A stretch of DNA of 51,993 nucleotides. It comes from a virus. Its lineage: Duplodnaviria > Caudoviricetes. Under the pieces are notes generated by a model that worked only from the letters and a program-made list of their open reading frames with translations, was not told the DNA's origin and made no database searches. Numbering within the stretch: position 1 is the stretch's first letter; every line of letters starts with the position of its first letter. Made by a program: the position numbers and the translations under genes. The stretch is taken from positions 1 through 51,993 of IMG/VR virus record IMGVR_UViG_3300024265_000007; one strand, given 5' to 3'. Positions 16,522-24,669 of the stretch are shown here, piece by piece.

Positions 16522-17366
16522 TGGACAATAACAAGACAGTATCAGAAATGGAAACCAGAGCAAAATTTTTTTCTAAGATGAGTCGTATCACCGGCAAGAT
16601 ACTCAATCTCAAGAAAGATGCGACTAACAAGTTTCACAAGTATGATTATGTCAGTGCTGACAATGTGCTGCAAGCCCTTGCGCCATTAATAGCAGAAGAG
16701 AACATCGCGTTAATATCCGAGACACTAGAGGTCATGATAGATGACAAAGTGTATATGCCGAAATACCGCTTTACATTCGTCTGCGGTGATACTGGCTACA
16801 TGCTGCCCTGTGATTGGTATGGCGAAACTGTTCATACCTCCAACAAAGGAACACGCGACGATAAGGCGCTCAATAAGTCGGCCACAATATCGCAAAAATA
16901 TTTCCTGCTAAAAACCTTCCTGATTGCTACCGGTGATGACCCGGACGGCGATAGTGGTGATACAGGGAAAAAGTCACAGAAGAAGCAAAGCAAGCCCAAA
17001 TCCAAACCGAAAACCAAAGCATGGAATGAAGACCCCGCTCAGGTGGAAAAATTTGCAGGTTGGTGTAAAGATGTGATGAGAGACTATCGCCCAGAATATA
17101 TGATTGATGCGCTTAATCAAGCGTTGGTTACACCACTCGCAGAATTCAGCAAAATGAAACAATACCCCGGCGATAAGACGCACGCAATGGATGCGATTAT
17201 CGCTTATGAATGCGGATATGATAACACTGCGATTTTGGCTGCAATTGAAAGCGTTTTACCTGATGCGACTTTTGAACAAATGGAACTACATACTGATGCG
17301 GTTGAACTTATCAATGGCCGTGTCAACACCCGCCAACTACAAGCAGATAAGGAGATAAAATACTAA
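16518..17366 (+). CDS. erf: ERF-family single-strand annealing protein
   Basis: KKDATNKFHKYDYVS...DKALNKSATISQKYFLLKTFLIATGDDPD. Confidence 0.85.
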   Translation: MMDNNKTVSEMETRAKFFSKMSRITGKILNLKKDATNKFHKYDYVSADNVLQALAPLIAEENIALISETLEVMIDDKVYMPKYRFTFVCGDTGYMLPCDWYGETVHTSNKGTRDDKALNKSATISQKYFLLKTFLIATGDDPDGDSGDTGKKSQKKQSKPKSKPKTKAWNEDPAQVEKFAGWCKDVMRDYRPEYMIDALNQALVTPLAEFSKMKQYPGDKTHAMDAIIAYECGYDNTAILAAIESVLPDATFEQMELHTDAVELINGRVNTRQLQADKEIKY

Positions 17367-18010
17367 TGGCAACAACAAGACTAAAGCCAGGAACGGCAGA
17401 ATATCATGCCCAGAAGGTTATTGATAGCAAGCTATGGATGCGAGATTTGGCCACTCAGGATTTTGTAATCATAGATTTCGAGACGACGGGTTTGGAGGGT
17501 GAGCCTATGCAGGTTGCCGTTATTGATAATCAAGAGCGGACATTGATTTCCACACTGGTCAAGCCTTTGAAGTTTGAGATTGACCCTGGCGCAGTTGCTA
17601 TCCACAAGATAACCGCAGAGATGGTCGAGGACGCGCCAACATTCCCCGAAATCTATGAACAATTAAGGGGAGCGTTGGAGGGTAAGGTAGTCGTAGCCTA
17701 TAACGCAAAATTCGACAAGGAAGTTTTGGCACGTACCTGCGAAGCCTACGGTCTCGAAATGCCGAAGTCGATTCCTGATACGTGGGCCGATCCAATGTTC
17801 ATCTATGCAGCATATAGAGGCGATTGGAATGATTATTTCAAATCTTATAAATGGCCAAAACTGACAGACGCATTGAAGGATTTTGCTATCGAGCTTGACG
17901 GTGAAGCACATGACGCTTTAGTCGATGTGCGGATTACCTATCATCTCATCCATGCGATAGCCAAAGAAGACCGAGACCACCCAGACCATCCAGACTACGT
18001 TCCATTCTGA
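17366..18010 (+). CDS. DEDDh 3'-5' exonuclease (DnaQ-like)
   Basis: IDFETTG, IHKIT, AYNAKFD, HDALVD. Confidence 0.92.
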   Translation: MATTRLKPGTAEYHAQKVIDSKLWMRDLATQDFVIIDFETTGLEGEPMQVAVIDNQERTLISTLVKPLKFEIDPGAVAIHKITAEMVEDAPTFPEIYEQLRGALEGKVVVAYNAKFDKEVLARTCEAYGLEMPKSIPDTWADPMFIYAAYRGDWNDYFKSYKWPKLTDALKDFAIELDGEAHDALVDVRITYHLIHAIAKEDRDHPDHPDYVPF

Positions 18011-18021
18011 GATTAGTTCAC

Positions 18022-18076
18022 ACCGGGCGTGGGCAAAGTCCGAGCGGGAATTCGGCAACGCCCGCGCCCGGTTTTA
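18022..18076 (+). terminator. GC-rich stem-loop, terminator-like
   Basis: ACCGGGCGTGGGC/GCCCGCGCCCGGT with an inner hairpin, followed by a short T run. Confidence 0.5.
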
Positions 18077-18093
18077 TAATTCGATAGGGAGAT

Positions 18094-18666
18094 GTGACGA
18101 TGAAACAATTGAAACAGTTTGAACAGCAATTGATTGACAAGGCACAGCTACAGAGGATTGCTAACGATGTCGCCAAAGCCGCCAATATCAAATACGAAGC
18201 GGCGATTGAGAAGGCGATGAAAGCCGACCCAGAACTACGCGCATTACAAACCAGCAACCTGGACGCGCAGGAAGCGTACAAGACGGCTAGGTCTGATTAT
18301 GCCGCAACCAAAGCAAACACTATAGATGCGCTTTTGGCATTTACCGACCCGGAAGACATAAAGGATATTGACGCTTTCAGTTATCGGCGTTCAGTAGAGC
18401 CTGCATACGAAGATGAATATGAATTCGTCAAGGCGGTTGCGGAATCTGGTTTTTTGTTTTTACTCAAGCCAGATGAATCCGCAATAAAAGCCTTTGTGTC
18501 CGGTATGGCATATGAACACAAGGAGCTTAAAACGTATTTCATGCCCGATAAGATTTTTGGTTGCTTGCCAGCACTAGGCGTTAAGGTTGTCATCAATCCG
18601 ACCATCAGCGACCCGAAGATTTCAAAACTGGCGACGGCGAAAACGGAAGGCGAATGTGATGAGTGA
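18094..18666 (+). CDS. Hypothetical helical protein
   Basis: GGGAG RBS; 190-aa ORF. Confidence 0.65.
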   Translation: MTMKQLKQFEQQLIDKAQLQRIANDVAKAANIKYEAAIEKAMKADPELRALQTSNLDAQEAYKTARSDYAATKANTIDALLAFTDPEDIKDIDAFSYRRSVEPAYEDEYEFVKAVAESGFLFLLKPDESAIKAFVSGMAYEHKELKTYFMPDKIFGCLPALGVKVVINPTISDPKISKLATAKTEGECDE

Positions 18667-19000
18667 ATACGGATTAGATTACGCAATGCACAGACATGAT
18701 ATTGAGCGGCTCGAAAAAGTCCCATTTTATGGACGTGGGCCAGACCACAACCCAAAGCATAATGAACTAGCATATATCAATATGGTGAATTATCGACTCG
18801 CCGAAGGCTGGAAAGTATTAGGGTTAGGCACTGATGCAGATTCCGAACCATTTGCCTTTATGGGTGTTCCGCGCCCGAAAGAATGCGGCGGGCTTCCTAA
18901 ACATGACGGACTGAAGGTTTATTCTCTTCGTGATGATAAATGGCATTGTCCGAAGTGTTTGGCAGAGTGGGAAACAAGGAACACACCAGAAGCCTTTTAA
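18659..19000 (+). CDS. Hypothetical protein
   Basis: Likely start MSEYG, overlapping the upstream stop. Confidence 0.55.
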   Translation: MSEYGLDYAMHRHDIERLEKVPFYGRGPDHNPKHNELAYINMVNYRLAEGWKVLGLGTDADSEPFAFMGVPRPKECGGLPKHDGLKVYSLRDDKWHCPKCLAEWETRNTPEAF

Positions 19001-19060
19001 CAGCAAGCAAAGCGCCCGGTGCAATTCCGCGCCGGGTAGTAGTGATGGGAGAATGGAGCG

Positions 19061-19438
19061 ATGAAGCCAGTAATGCAAACTATATTCGGCGATGGTTCAA
19101 ATGGAGACACACCTGGCAATTGCCTTCAGGCAGCATTAGCAACAATATTTAGAATCGACCTGGATACCGTACCACATTTTATGGAATTCGGGGTTGATTG
19201 GTTTGAGCAACTACAATCGTGGCTACGTGAAAGTTTTGATATGTACGCTTTAAGTTTTGAATACGATGACAGGTTGCACGTCGAGGGATATTATCTGCTC
19301 ACCGGAAAAACCGAGAGAGGGTTGATGCACACTGTTGTCTATAAGGATGGTAAACTGATGCACGATCCACACCCTGACAGTAATGGATTAATCGCACCTG
19401 AATCGTGTTGTGTGTTTGTAAGCAGATTGATCGACTAA
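19061..19438 (+). CDS. Hypothetical phage protein with possible Cys/His (papain-like) motifs
   Basis: GNCLQAALA...HTVV...HDPHP. Confidence 0.6.
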   Translation: MKPVMQTIFGDGSNGDTPGNCLQAALATIFRIDLDTVPHFMEFGVDWFEQLQSWLRESFDMYALSFEYDDRLHVEGYYLLTGKTERGLMHTVVYKDGKLMHDPHPDSNGLIAPESCCVFVSRLID

Positions 19439-19484
19439 TCGTAGAAAATAGCTTATGCGCTTTGAGCGCACGAAAAGGAATTGA

Positions 19485-19739
19485 ATGATGAGTTTTTATC
19501 CAACATTAGCAGAAGACAGAAGAGACGAAATTATGACAGGCATCGTCAATGAACACATCGGCTACAACAATGAGATTGTAATCAGGCGTAGTGCAGATGG
19601 CGGCTTTGCGGTGTGCATCGACATGACAAACAAGCGTGCATTGTTTTCGTCAGGGGCAACTTGCAATGGATTAATTGGCTATACTATCGAGCAGGATTTC
19701 GGCAGATGGTGTGATGAGCACAGTATTATAGCGTTCTAG
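19485..19739 (+). CDS. Hypothetical protein
   Basis: AAGGA RBS. Confidence 0.5.
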   Translation: MMSFYPTLAEDRRDEIMTGIVNEHIGYNNEIVIRRSADGGFAVCIDMTNKRALFSSGATCNGLIGYTIEQDFGRWCDEHSIIAF

Positions 19740-19755
19740 GATTGGAGAGTGGCTG

Positions 19756-20196
19756 ATGGTAAAGTTTGCCGAAGATGTCAACTATTGGAAATCTGGGAAG
19801 TCTGCGCCGGATAGTTGGTTAGACAAGGCTGAAAATCAGATAATTAAAGTCGGTGGTTTGATGTTGGGACGCGCCTCAGCTTTCGATAATATTACCGGTG
19901 TAGAGGCTTATATGTTGTCGTTTGAAATCGGGGACGATAGGTTCAAAATTGTTTGGCCAGTGCTGAAATGCAAAGATGAAAATAAGCCTGGTAACAAAAT
20001 GGCCGCCCGTCGCCAAGCTGCAACCATGCTGTATCATGACGTGAAAGCAAAGTGCATGATTGCCCAGATATTCGGGATGCGAAAAGCGTTTATTCCATAC
20101 CTTGTATTGGAATCCGGCGGTACTGTAGTAGATATGTCAACTTACGAATTGTCGATTTCAATACCGCAATTAGTTAGTAATGTGGAGAGTGGTTGA
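19756..20196 (+). CDS. Hypothetical protein
   Basis: GGAG RBS; 146 aa. Confidence 0.65.
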   Translation: MVKFAEDVNYWKSGKSAPDSWLDKAENQIIKVGGLMLGRASAFDNITGVEAYMLSFEIGDDRFKIVWPVLKCKDENKPGNKMAARRQAATMLYHDVKAKCMIAQIFGMRKAFIPYLVLESGGTVVDMSTYELSISIPQLVSNVESG

Positions 20197-20417
20197 TGCC
20201 AGAATACGACCATGAAAATATGAGCCTCTGTATGCACGGTTGCGGTTGGGTTGAAAAGTGCCAACACAGCAAGCCTACACCGAACGCGGCTGAAACCGAG
20301 CTACGGATATGCCATGAGTTGCTGAACGAGACAGGTATTCCATACTTGGATAGCTTGCATTACAGGTTGGTGATATTATTGGCGCTGCTCCGTGATGCGA
20401 TTACGGAGGTGGAATGA
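20193..20417 (+). CDS. Small hypothetical protein
   Basis: Coupled ORF. Confidence 0.5.
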   Translation: MMPEYDHENMSLCMHGCGWVEKCQHSKPTPNAAETELRICHELLNETGIPYLDSLHYRLVILLALLRDAITEVE

Positions 20418-20647
20418 TGGGGGAAAAGGCACGAAAAGGCAAATGTGATTGTGGTGTCTGTATTCACAACAAACTCGTATATGATGATTCGGGGGGATGC
20501 TCTTTGATATGTGGACATCCAGAAATAAAGACAGTGGTAATGGAATGGGAAATTGTTGAGCATGAAACTGTACCCCATTTTTCAAAAGTGCTTTGGGATT
20601 GCAAATGGTATCAGAGAAGGACTGAAGTTATGGAAGACGGTGAATGA
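20414..20647 (+). CDS. Small Cys-rich hypothetical protein
   Basis: GGAGG RBS; CDCGVC. Confidence 0.55.
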   Translation: MMGEKARKGKCDCGVCIHNKLVYDDSGGCSLICGHPEIKTVVMEWEIVEHETVPHFSKVLWDCKWYQRRTEVMEDGE

Positions 20648-21119
20648 TATGTTTCTATGGTGGCTGATAAAACGGACGGCGAAACCGGTGATTGAATTGT
20701 GGAATACAGATTTCATGCCCGCCATACCCCGTTTGTGTATTGTGGCATCGTCCTTCATATTGACGTTGATTATAGATGCTATCCTTATCGCACTGTTTGA
20801 TAACAAGCCTAATGATGGACACCTGTGGTTTGTGGCATCGTTTCTATTGTTGGTATTGTGGTCATGTTTTGGAGCATGGCATATGGCAGGTTATCTCATC
20901 CGGTTGCACACCCAATACCGCGCCGAGCAACCGGAAAAGCCGAAGCGCAAACGAAGTGATGGGGTTGGCTATGATAGCTCACTTGCTGAGAAAACATTAT
21001 CACAATTCGATAGTGATGGTGGATGGATGGGTGCTAACCCACATGGCATGGAGGCATATTTCAAAAGGCTTCATTCAGATCATGGTGATGATTACTTTGA
21101 AGACGAAGACGGCGAATGA
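20640..21119 (+). CDS. Membrane protein with KPKRKR motif (start uncertain)
   Basis: Two to three TM helices; basic motif and acidic tail. Confidence 0.6.
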   Translation: MNDMFLWWLIKRTAKPVIELWNTDFMPAIPRLCIVASSFILTLIIDAILIALFDNKPNDGHLWFVASFLLLVLWSCFGAWHMAGYLIRLHTQYRAEQPEKPKRKRSDGVGYDSSLAEKTLSQFDSDGGWMGANPHGMEAYFKRLHSDHGDDYFEDEDGE

Positions 21120-21120
21120 T

Positions 21121-21354
21121 ATGGCAGACGATAAAATCATAGCCATTTGCAAAAGCAAGAAATACAACGTTACTCGCATCTTTGAGGCTGTCGGGCAATA
21201 CACAATCTATGTCGATAGTCGCAAAGGTGTGACCGATACCACTCTATTCAAACGGTTTGAAGACACCCCGATTCGAGTCGTCGGGTTTGGTTGGCAGGCA
21301 GGTGAGCATTATATTTTGGCGCGTGTGGAAGTGATTATTGAAGAGGCTACATGA
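21121..21354 (+). CDS. Hypothetical protein
   Basis: MADDKII...; 3' part of track ORF 20776..21354. Confidence 0.5.
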   Translation: MADDKIIAICKSKKYNVTRIFEAVGQYTIYVDSRKGVTDTTLFKRFEDTPIRVVGFGWQAGEHYILARVEVIIEEAT

Positions 21355-21545
21355 TGGGAACCATCATAATAAGCATAACAATTCTATTCTTGGTGTACGT
21401 TGTCAATGAGATCGCAATACGGCGATATAGAGCAAAGAACGAAAAGCGTAGAGCGGACGTTGTAGCATGGCTTGATGAAATGAAAGCGGAGATTAGAATC
21501 GAAATGGAGCAATCAGACAGCCCAGGAAAAGGAGAGAAACGATGA
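21351..21545 (+). CDS. Small single-TM protein
   Basis: Hydrophobic N-terminus; ATGA overlaps. Confidence 0.55.
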   Translation: MMGTIIISITILFLVYVVNEIAIRRYRAKNEKRRADVVAWLDEMKAEIRIEMEQSDSPGKGEKR

Positions 21546-21979
21546 CTAGGATACTCGAAAGCGGCAAAGTTAGTGGGTATGCTATTGTTTGGGGAAGCCA
21601 TGATAACCCAGACTTACAAGGCGAATATTTCACGCCAGAAACGGAGTTGAATATCCCAGATGAATTGGCATTGTATATAGGCGAGCCTTTGCCAGAGAAC
21701 CGAATCGGCACAGCTAAAATACAGCCTGATGGACACGGCGTTTATGTCTCTGGACAAATTGAGCCTCATATAAATAAGTTCGGTGTCAATATTCCTGTAG
21801 GGTATTATCATGCTCTCCAAGACATTTTACATCTCGCTTCTATTGGTTCAAAAAGCGAAGTAAGTGATAACGGGCGGATAAACAAATTCCCAATAATGGG
21901 CATTGTACTTACAGCTACGCCAGTCCAACCACCACAAGGTGATGAGATCAATGATAAGGAGATAATCGACAATGAGTAA
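21542..21979 (+). CDS. Stand-alone prohead-protease-like domain (probably inactive)
   Basis: GYAIVWG..DLQGEYF..ET, DGHGVYVSGQI, ASIGS, NGRI...IVLTATPVQP parallel the protease part of 40891..43215. Confidence 0.6.
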   Translation: MTRILESGKVSGYAIVWGSHDNPDLQGEYFTPETELNIPDELALYIGEPLPENRIGTAKIQPDGHGVYVSGQIEPHINKFGVNIPVGYYHALQDILHLASIGSKSEVSDNGRINKFPIMGIVLTATPVQPPQGDEINDKEIIDNE

Positions 21980-22337
21980 GTCACGTCGAGGCACAGGAAC
22001 AAATCGTCGAGGAAGAAGACCGATTGGGACGCTGCGGCCATATAAGCCGATTCCGGTTATCACCGAATATCTTCGGAGCAAAACGTTGGTCGATGTCAAG
22101 TCTAAGCGAACACTGGTAGAACGTCTCAAAGAATGGGGTGGCAGAATTCGCCGCTTGTTCAGCCGCAAGAAAAAGCGTCGCATCACGACCAAGACCATCA
22201 AGTCGAAGTGGAAGACGGAAGACCGTCCGCAATGGGCTATTGATCTAGGTCGCCACAAAGCAAATCAGAAGGCACGGAATCGCCGTAACCGTAAACAAAC
22301 ACTCGCCTTGCACCAGATGCAATGGAAGAGGGCGTAG
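21972..22337 (+). CDS. Very basic Arg/Lys-rich protein
   Basis: AAGGAG RBS; RRGRR, SRKKKRR, RNRRNRK. Confidence 0.55.
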   Translation: MSKSRRGTGTNRRGRRPIGTLRPYKPIPVITEYLRSKTLVDVKSKRTLVERLKEWGGRIRRLFSRKKKRRITTKTIKSKWKTEDRPQWAIDLGRHKANQKARNRRNRKQTLALHQMQWKRA

Positions 22338-22347
22338 AAGGGATTGT

Positions 22348-22659
22348 GTGATGAATTCTGAAGAGCAAAAGAAAATGGAAAAACTAAAATGTGATGTTGT
22401 AGCAATCGACCAAGAGCATGGGATACCTTTTGGTTATTGGGGTCGAATTGACTTTAAGACGGTAAGGGTTGAGCAATTTTATAACAATCTTAGAGTAAAT
22501 GTCATTTTCTGGCAGAAAATAAAAGAAGGGGATGATCTTTATTGCGTGGACATGACAGGCGAGAAGGAAATGGGCGGGCTATCTGTCGTTGTTCCACCTG
22601 ATTACGATCTTGAATGGTTACGTGAGGAGTTTGCAAGGGCTTGTATTAATAGAAGATAG
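22348..22659 (+). CDS. Hypothetical protein
   Basis: Last early-strand ORF before the RNA cluster. Confidence 0.55.
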   Translation: MMNSEEQKKMEKLKCDVVAIDQEHGIPFGYWGRIDFKTVRVEQFYNNLRVNVIFWQKIKEGDDLYCVDMTGEKEMGGLSVVVPPDYDLEWLREEFARACINRR

Positions 22660-22668
22660 TGGTAGAAT
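22641..22668 (+). promoter_or_regulatory. Promoter of the tRNA/ncRNA cluster
   Basis: TTGTAT-16-TAGAAT with TG extension, 8 nt upstream of the tRNA. Confidence 0.55.
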
Positions 22669-22676
22669 GATTATAT

Positions 22677-22750
22677 TACGGGATGGAACAGGTGGTCAGT
22701 TCGTCGGTCTCATAATCCGAAGGTCGTAGGTTCGAATCCTACTCCCGTGA
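22677..22750 (+). tRNA. tRNA-Met(CAT), initiator-like; CCA not encoded
   Basis: Acceptor TACGGGA/TCCCGTG, D stem GAAC/GTTC (A11:U24), anticodon arm TCGGT-CTCATAA-TCCGA, T arm GTAGG-TTCGAAT-CCTAC. Confidence 0.9.
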
Positions 22751-22752
22751 CA

Positions 22753-22846
22753 TGGAGAGCAGCACGCCGATAGGTTCAATCCCTATGATACAGTCTGGCG
22801 ATGAGTGACGGGACTTGGTGTGTAGGTTCAATTCCTACCCTCTCCA
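22753..22846 (+). ncRNA. tRNA-like RNA with two T-loop hairpins
   Basis: TGGAGAG/CTCTCCA closing stem; T arm GTAGG-TTCAATT-CCTAC; second ATAGG-TTCAATC-CCTAT where the D arm would be. Confidence 0.6.
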
Positions 22847-22901
22847 CAAAGAGGACTGATTGACCGGATAGATAACAAGTGACTGGCGCAGGACTCTTTC
22901 C

Positions 22902-23010
22902 TGGGGACGTAGTTTAATCGGTAAAACAACCCGTGGCAGAAGTTGGGCGAGTGTACAGTAACCCAGTCGGAAACACAGGAAGATGGTTGTTCGCAGCAAC
23001 CCGATCTCCA
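22902..23010 (+). ncRNA. tRNA-like RNA with greatly extended anticodon arm
   Basis: GGGGACG/CG(A)TCTCC acceptor, TA, D arm GTTT-AATCGGTA-AAAC, ~48-nt extended arm, T arm GGTTG-TTCGCAG-CAACC. Confidence 0.65.
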
Positions 23011-23051
23011 CATGCCCTTTAGAGAGGACGCTCTCACATAGATGAAAAAGG

Positions 23052-23094
23052 AAACACCCCGTTCGGCAGATCACCGGGCGGGGTGTTTTTGTTT
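23052..23094. terminator. Terminator at the early/late convergence (possibly bidirectional)
   Basis: AAACACCCCGTTCGG/CCGGGCGGGGTGTTT with a T-rich 3' side and A-rich 5' side. Confidence 0.75.
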
Positions 23095-23205
23095 CTAAGC
23101 CGACTCCCCTGCTCACGCAACACAATACCCCTGATTAGCGCCAAAATCTCTACAATCGGCGCACAGGGGCAGCAACTATACTTTATGTTATCGAACTACT
23201 GAGGG

Positions 23206-23646
23206 CTAAACCACTTCTGTCTCGTTCGGAGCAAGTCGTACCAACGAAAAGCGCATAACGCTCTCGACTGCATCTACCAGGAAATGCGTGCCCTTGCTAC
23301 CTAACCCAATGGCCGCGCCAGTGGTGACTATGTTGAAAATTTCCTGAATGGTTGTTTCTGCTGTTTGCCCGAAGACATCGAAAAATGACATATCAACACC
23401 AACGCCCCAGACATATAGAATGCCCATTACAACTGAAGCAACCCGGAATGTGCTATGTAGCCGTTTGGTATAGAGTTCGTCTTGCGCCTCTATCGCATCA
23501 TCTCCAACTGGCTCTTTTGCGAACTTTTGCCGATAGCGTTGCAACGCGGTTTTCATCGCGGGCTTGAGAATTGCTTCCATCAAGATATAAAACATCCCCG
23601 CAAATGCTGCTAATGCTGTGAGTGCTTCCTGGTTAATTTCGATCAT
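23206..23646 (-). CDS. Holin-like membrane protein
   Basis: About three TM helices; TGAAIGLGSKGTH motif; last gene of the late operon. Confidence 0.55.
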   Translation of the reverse strand: MIEINQEALTALAAFAGMFYILMEAILKPAMKTALQRYRQKFAKEPVGDDAIEAQDELYTKRLHSTFRVASVVMGILYVWGVGVDMSFFDVFGQTAETTIQEIFNIVTTGAAIGLGSKGTHFLVDAVESVMRFSLVRLAPNETEVV

Positions 23647-23676
23647 TTTTGTTTCCTTTTCTGGCGGGATGACCGC

Positions 23677-23973
23677 CTATCCATCATTAATACCTTTGAT
23701 TGTTTCGACAATTGAAGCTAAAAATAAAAGGCGGTTTACAGGGTCTTGCATTACATTTTGAGCAGCCTGTATTGCCTCCGCACTGGTATCACGTGGGTCA
23801 AACTTTTTGAATGTTTCGCAGCGATGGTGCATACCAGCGTCCTGCCCCGGCAATGACCAATATAATGCTAATGCTGGCATGGTTTCTGTTTCTTCATCTC
23901 CCGATACATCCTCCGCATGGGGAAGAACCCATAGACGATAGGCTAATTTTTGATCTGGGATTTCCATGCTCAT
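23677..23973 (-). CDS. Hypothetical protein
   Basis: Coupled ORF. Confidence 0.55.
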   Translation of the reverse strand: MSMEIPDQKLAYRLWVLPHAEDVSGDEETETMPALALYWSLPGQDAGMHHRCETFKKFDPRDTSAEAIQAAQNVMQDPVNRLLFLASIVETIKGINDG

Positions 23974-24626
23974 GATTTTGACTCCTCTTTGTCGTCCCTG
24001 GTATCGGGCACGATTAAATCCGGCTTATCCGGTTTCGGTATTGGGTGTAATACTGTTGGCGTTTCCTGCGTGCTACGGATTGCATCTTGCAGACATTGTT
24101 TCACAATGGGTTCAAAACTATCAGTGACCGCTTTCACTATTTCGAGTTTAGATTGCTCTGATATTTCCAATGTTCTGCCTTCGCTTGCTTGCATTTTAGC
24201 GATCATTTCACGAATAGCTTTTTCCAAATTGTCAACTGTGATTTGCATGGTATTTACACTTCCATCCAACTTATCAATACTGGCGATACCTGTTTCAATG
24301 GTTTCATTTTTTTGTGCAAGCCCCTGCTCTTGGACTTCTATCAATTTTCCTAGTAGCGTCTTTATATCGATTACGTCTTCAGAATTACGTTGTGCAGCCA
24401 CTCTATTCAAGTCATTCTGGGTAATCAATTTGTCTTGCTGGTTTGATTCCTGTCCCATTTGTTTCAGCATTTTACCGGTTTGGCGTTGCATCATGAACAT
24501 CAAACCCATCATGCCAAAAATTACGATTGAAAAAATGACCATCGCAAACACGGCAACGCCCTGGTCTATTATGAAGCTATTGGAAGCATCTAATACATCC
24601 GGTATATCTTGAAATGCTAAATTCAT
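23970..24626 (-). CDS. Membrane-anchored coiled-coil protein (lysis region)
   Basis: One N-terminal TM helix plus a coiled coil. Confidence 0.6.
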   Translation of the reverse strand: MNLAFQDIPDVLDASNSFIIDQGVAVFAMVIFSIVIFGMMGLMFMMQRQTGKMLKQMGQESNQQDKLITQNDLNRVAAQRNSEDVIDIKTLLGKLIEVQEQGLAQKNETIETGIASIDKLDGSVNTMQITVDNLEKAIREMIAKMQASEGRTLEISEQSKLEIVKAVTDSFEPIVKQCLQDAIRSTQETPTVLHPIPKPDKPDLIVPDTRDDKEESKS

Positions 24627-24669
24627 ATTATCTCCGCGCCCTCTGCGCTGCGAATATTATATCACACAA

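Noticed and set aside
22753-23010. tmRNA or group I intron-containing tRNA
   Set aside because: Too short, with no tag reading frame or intron core motifs recognisable.
22828-23125. Minus-strand ORFs 22828..23037 and 22835..23125
   Set aside because: They overlap the structured RNAs and terminator and have no convincing RBS or protein features.
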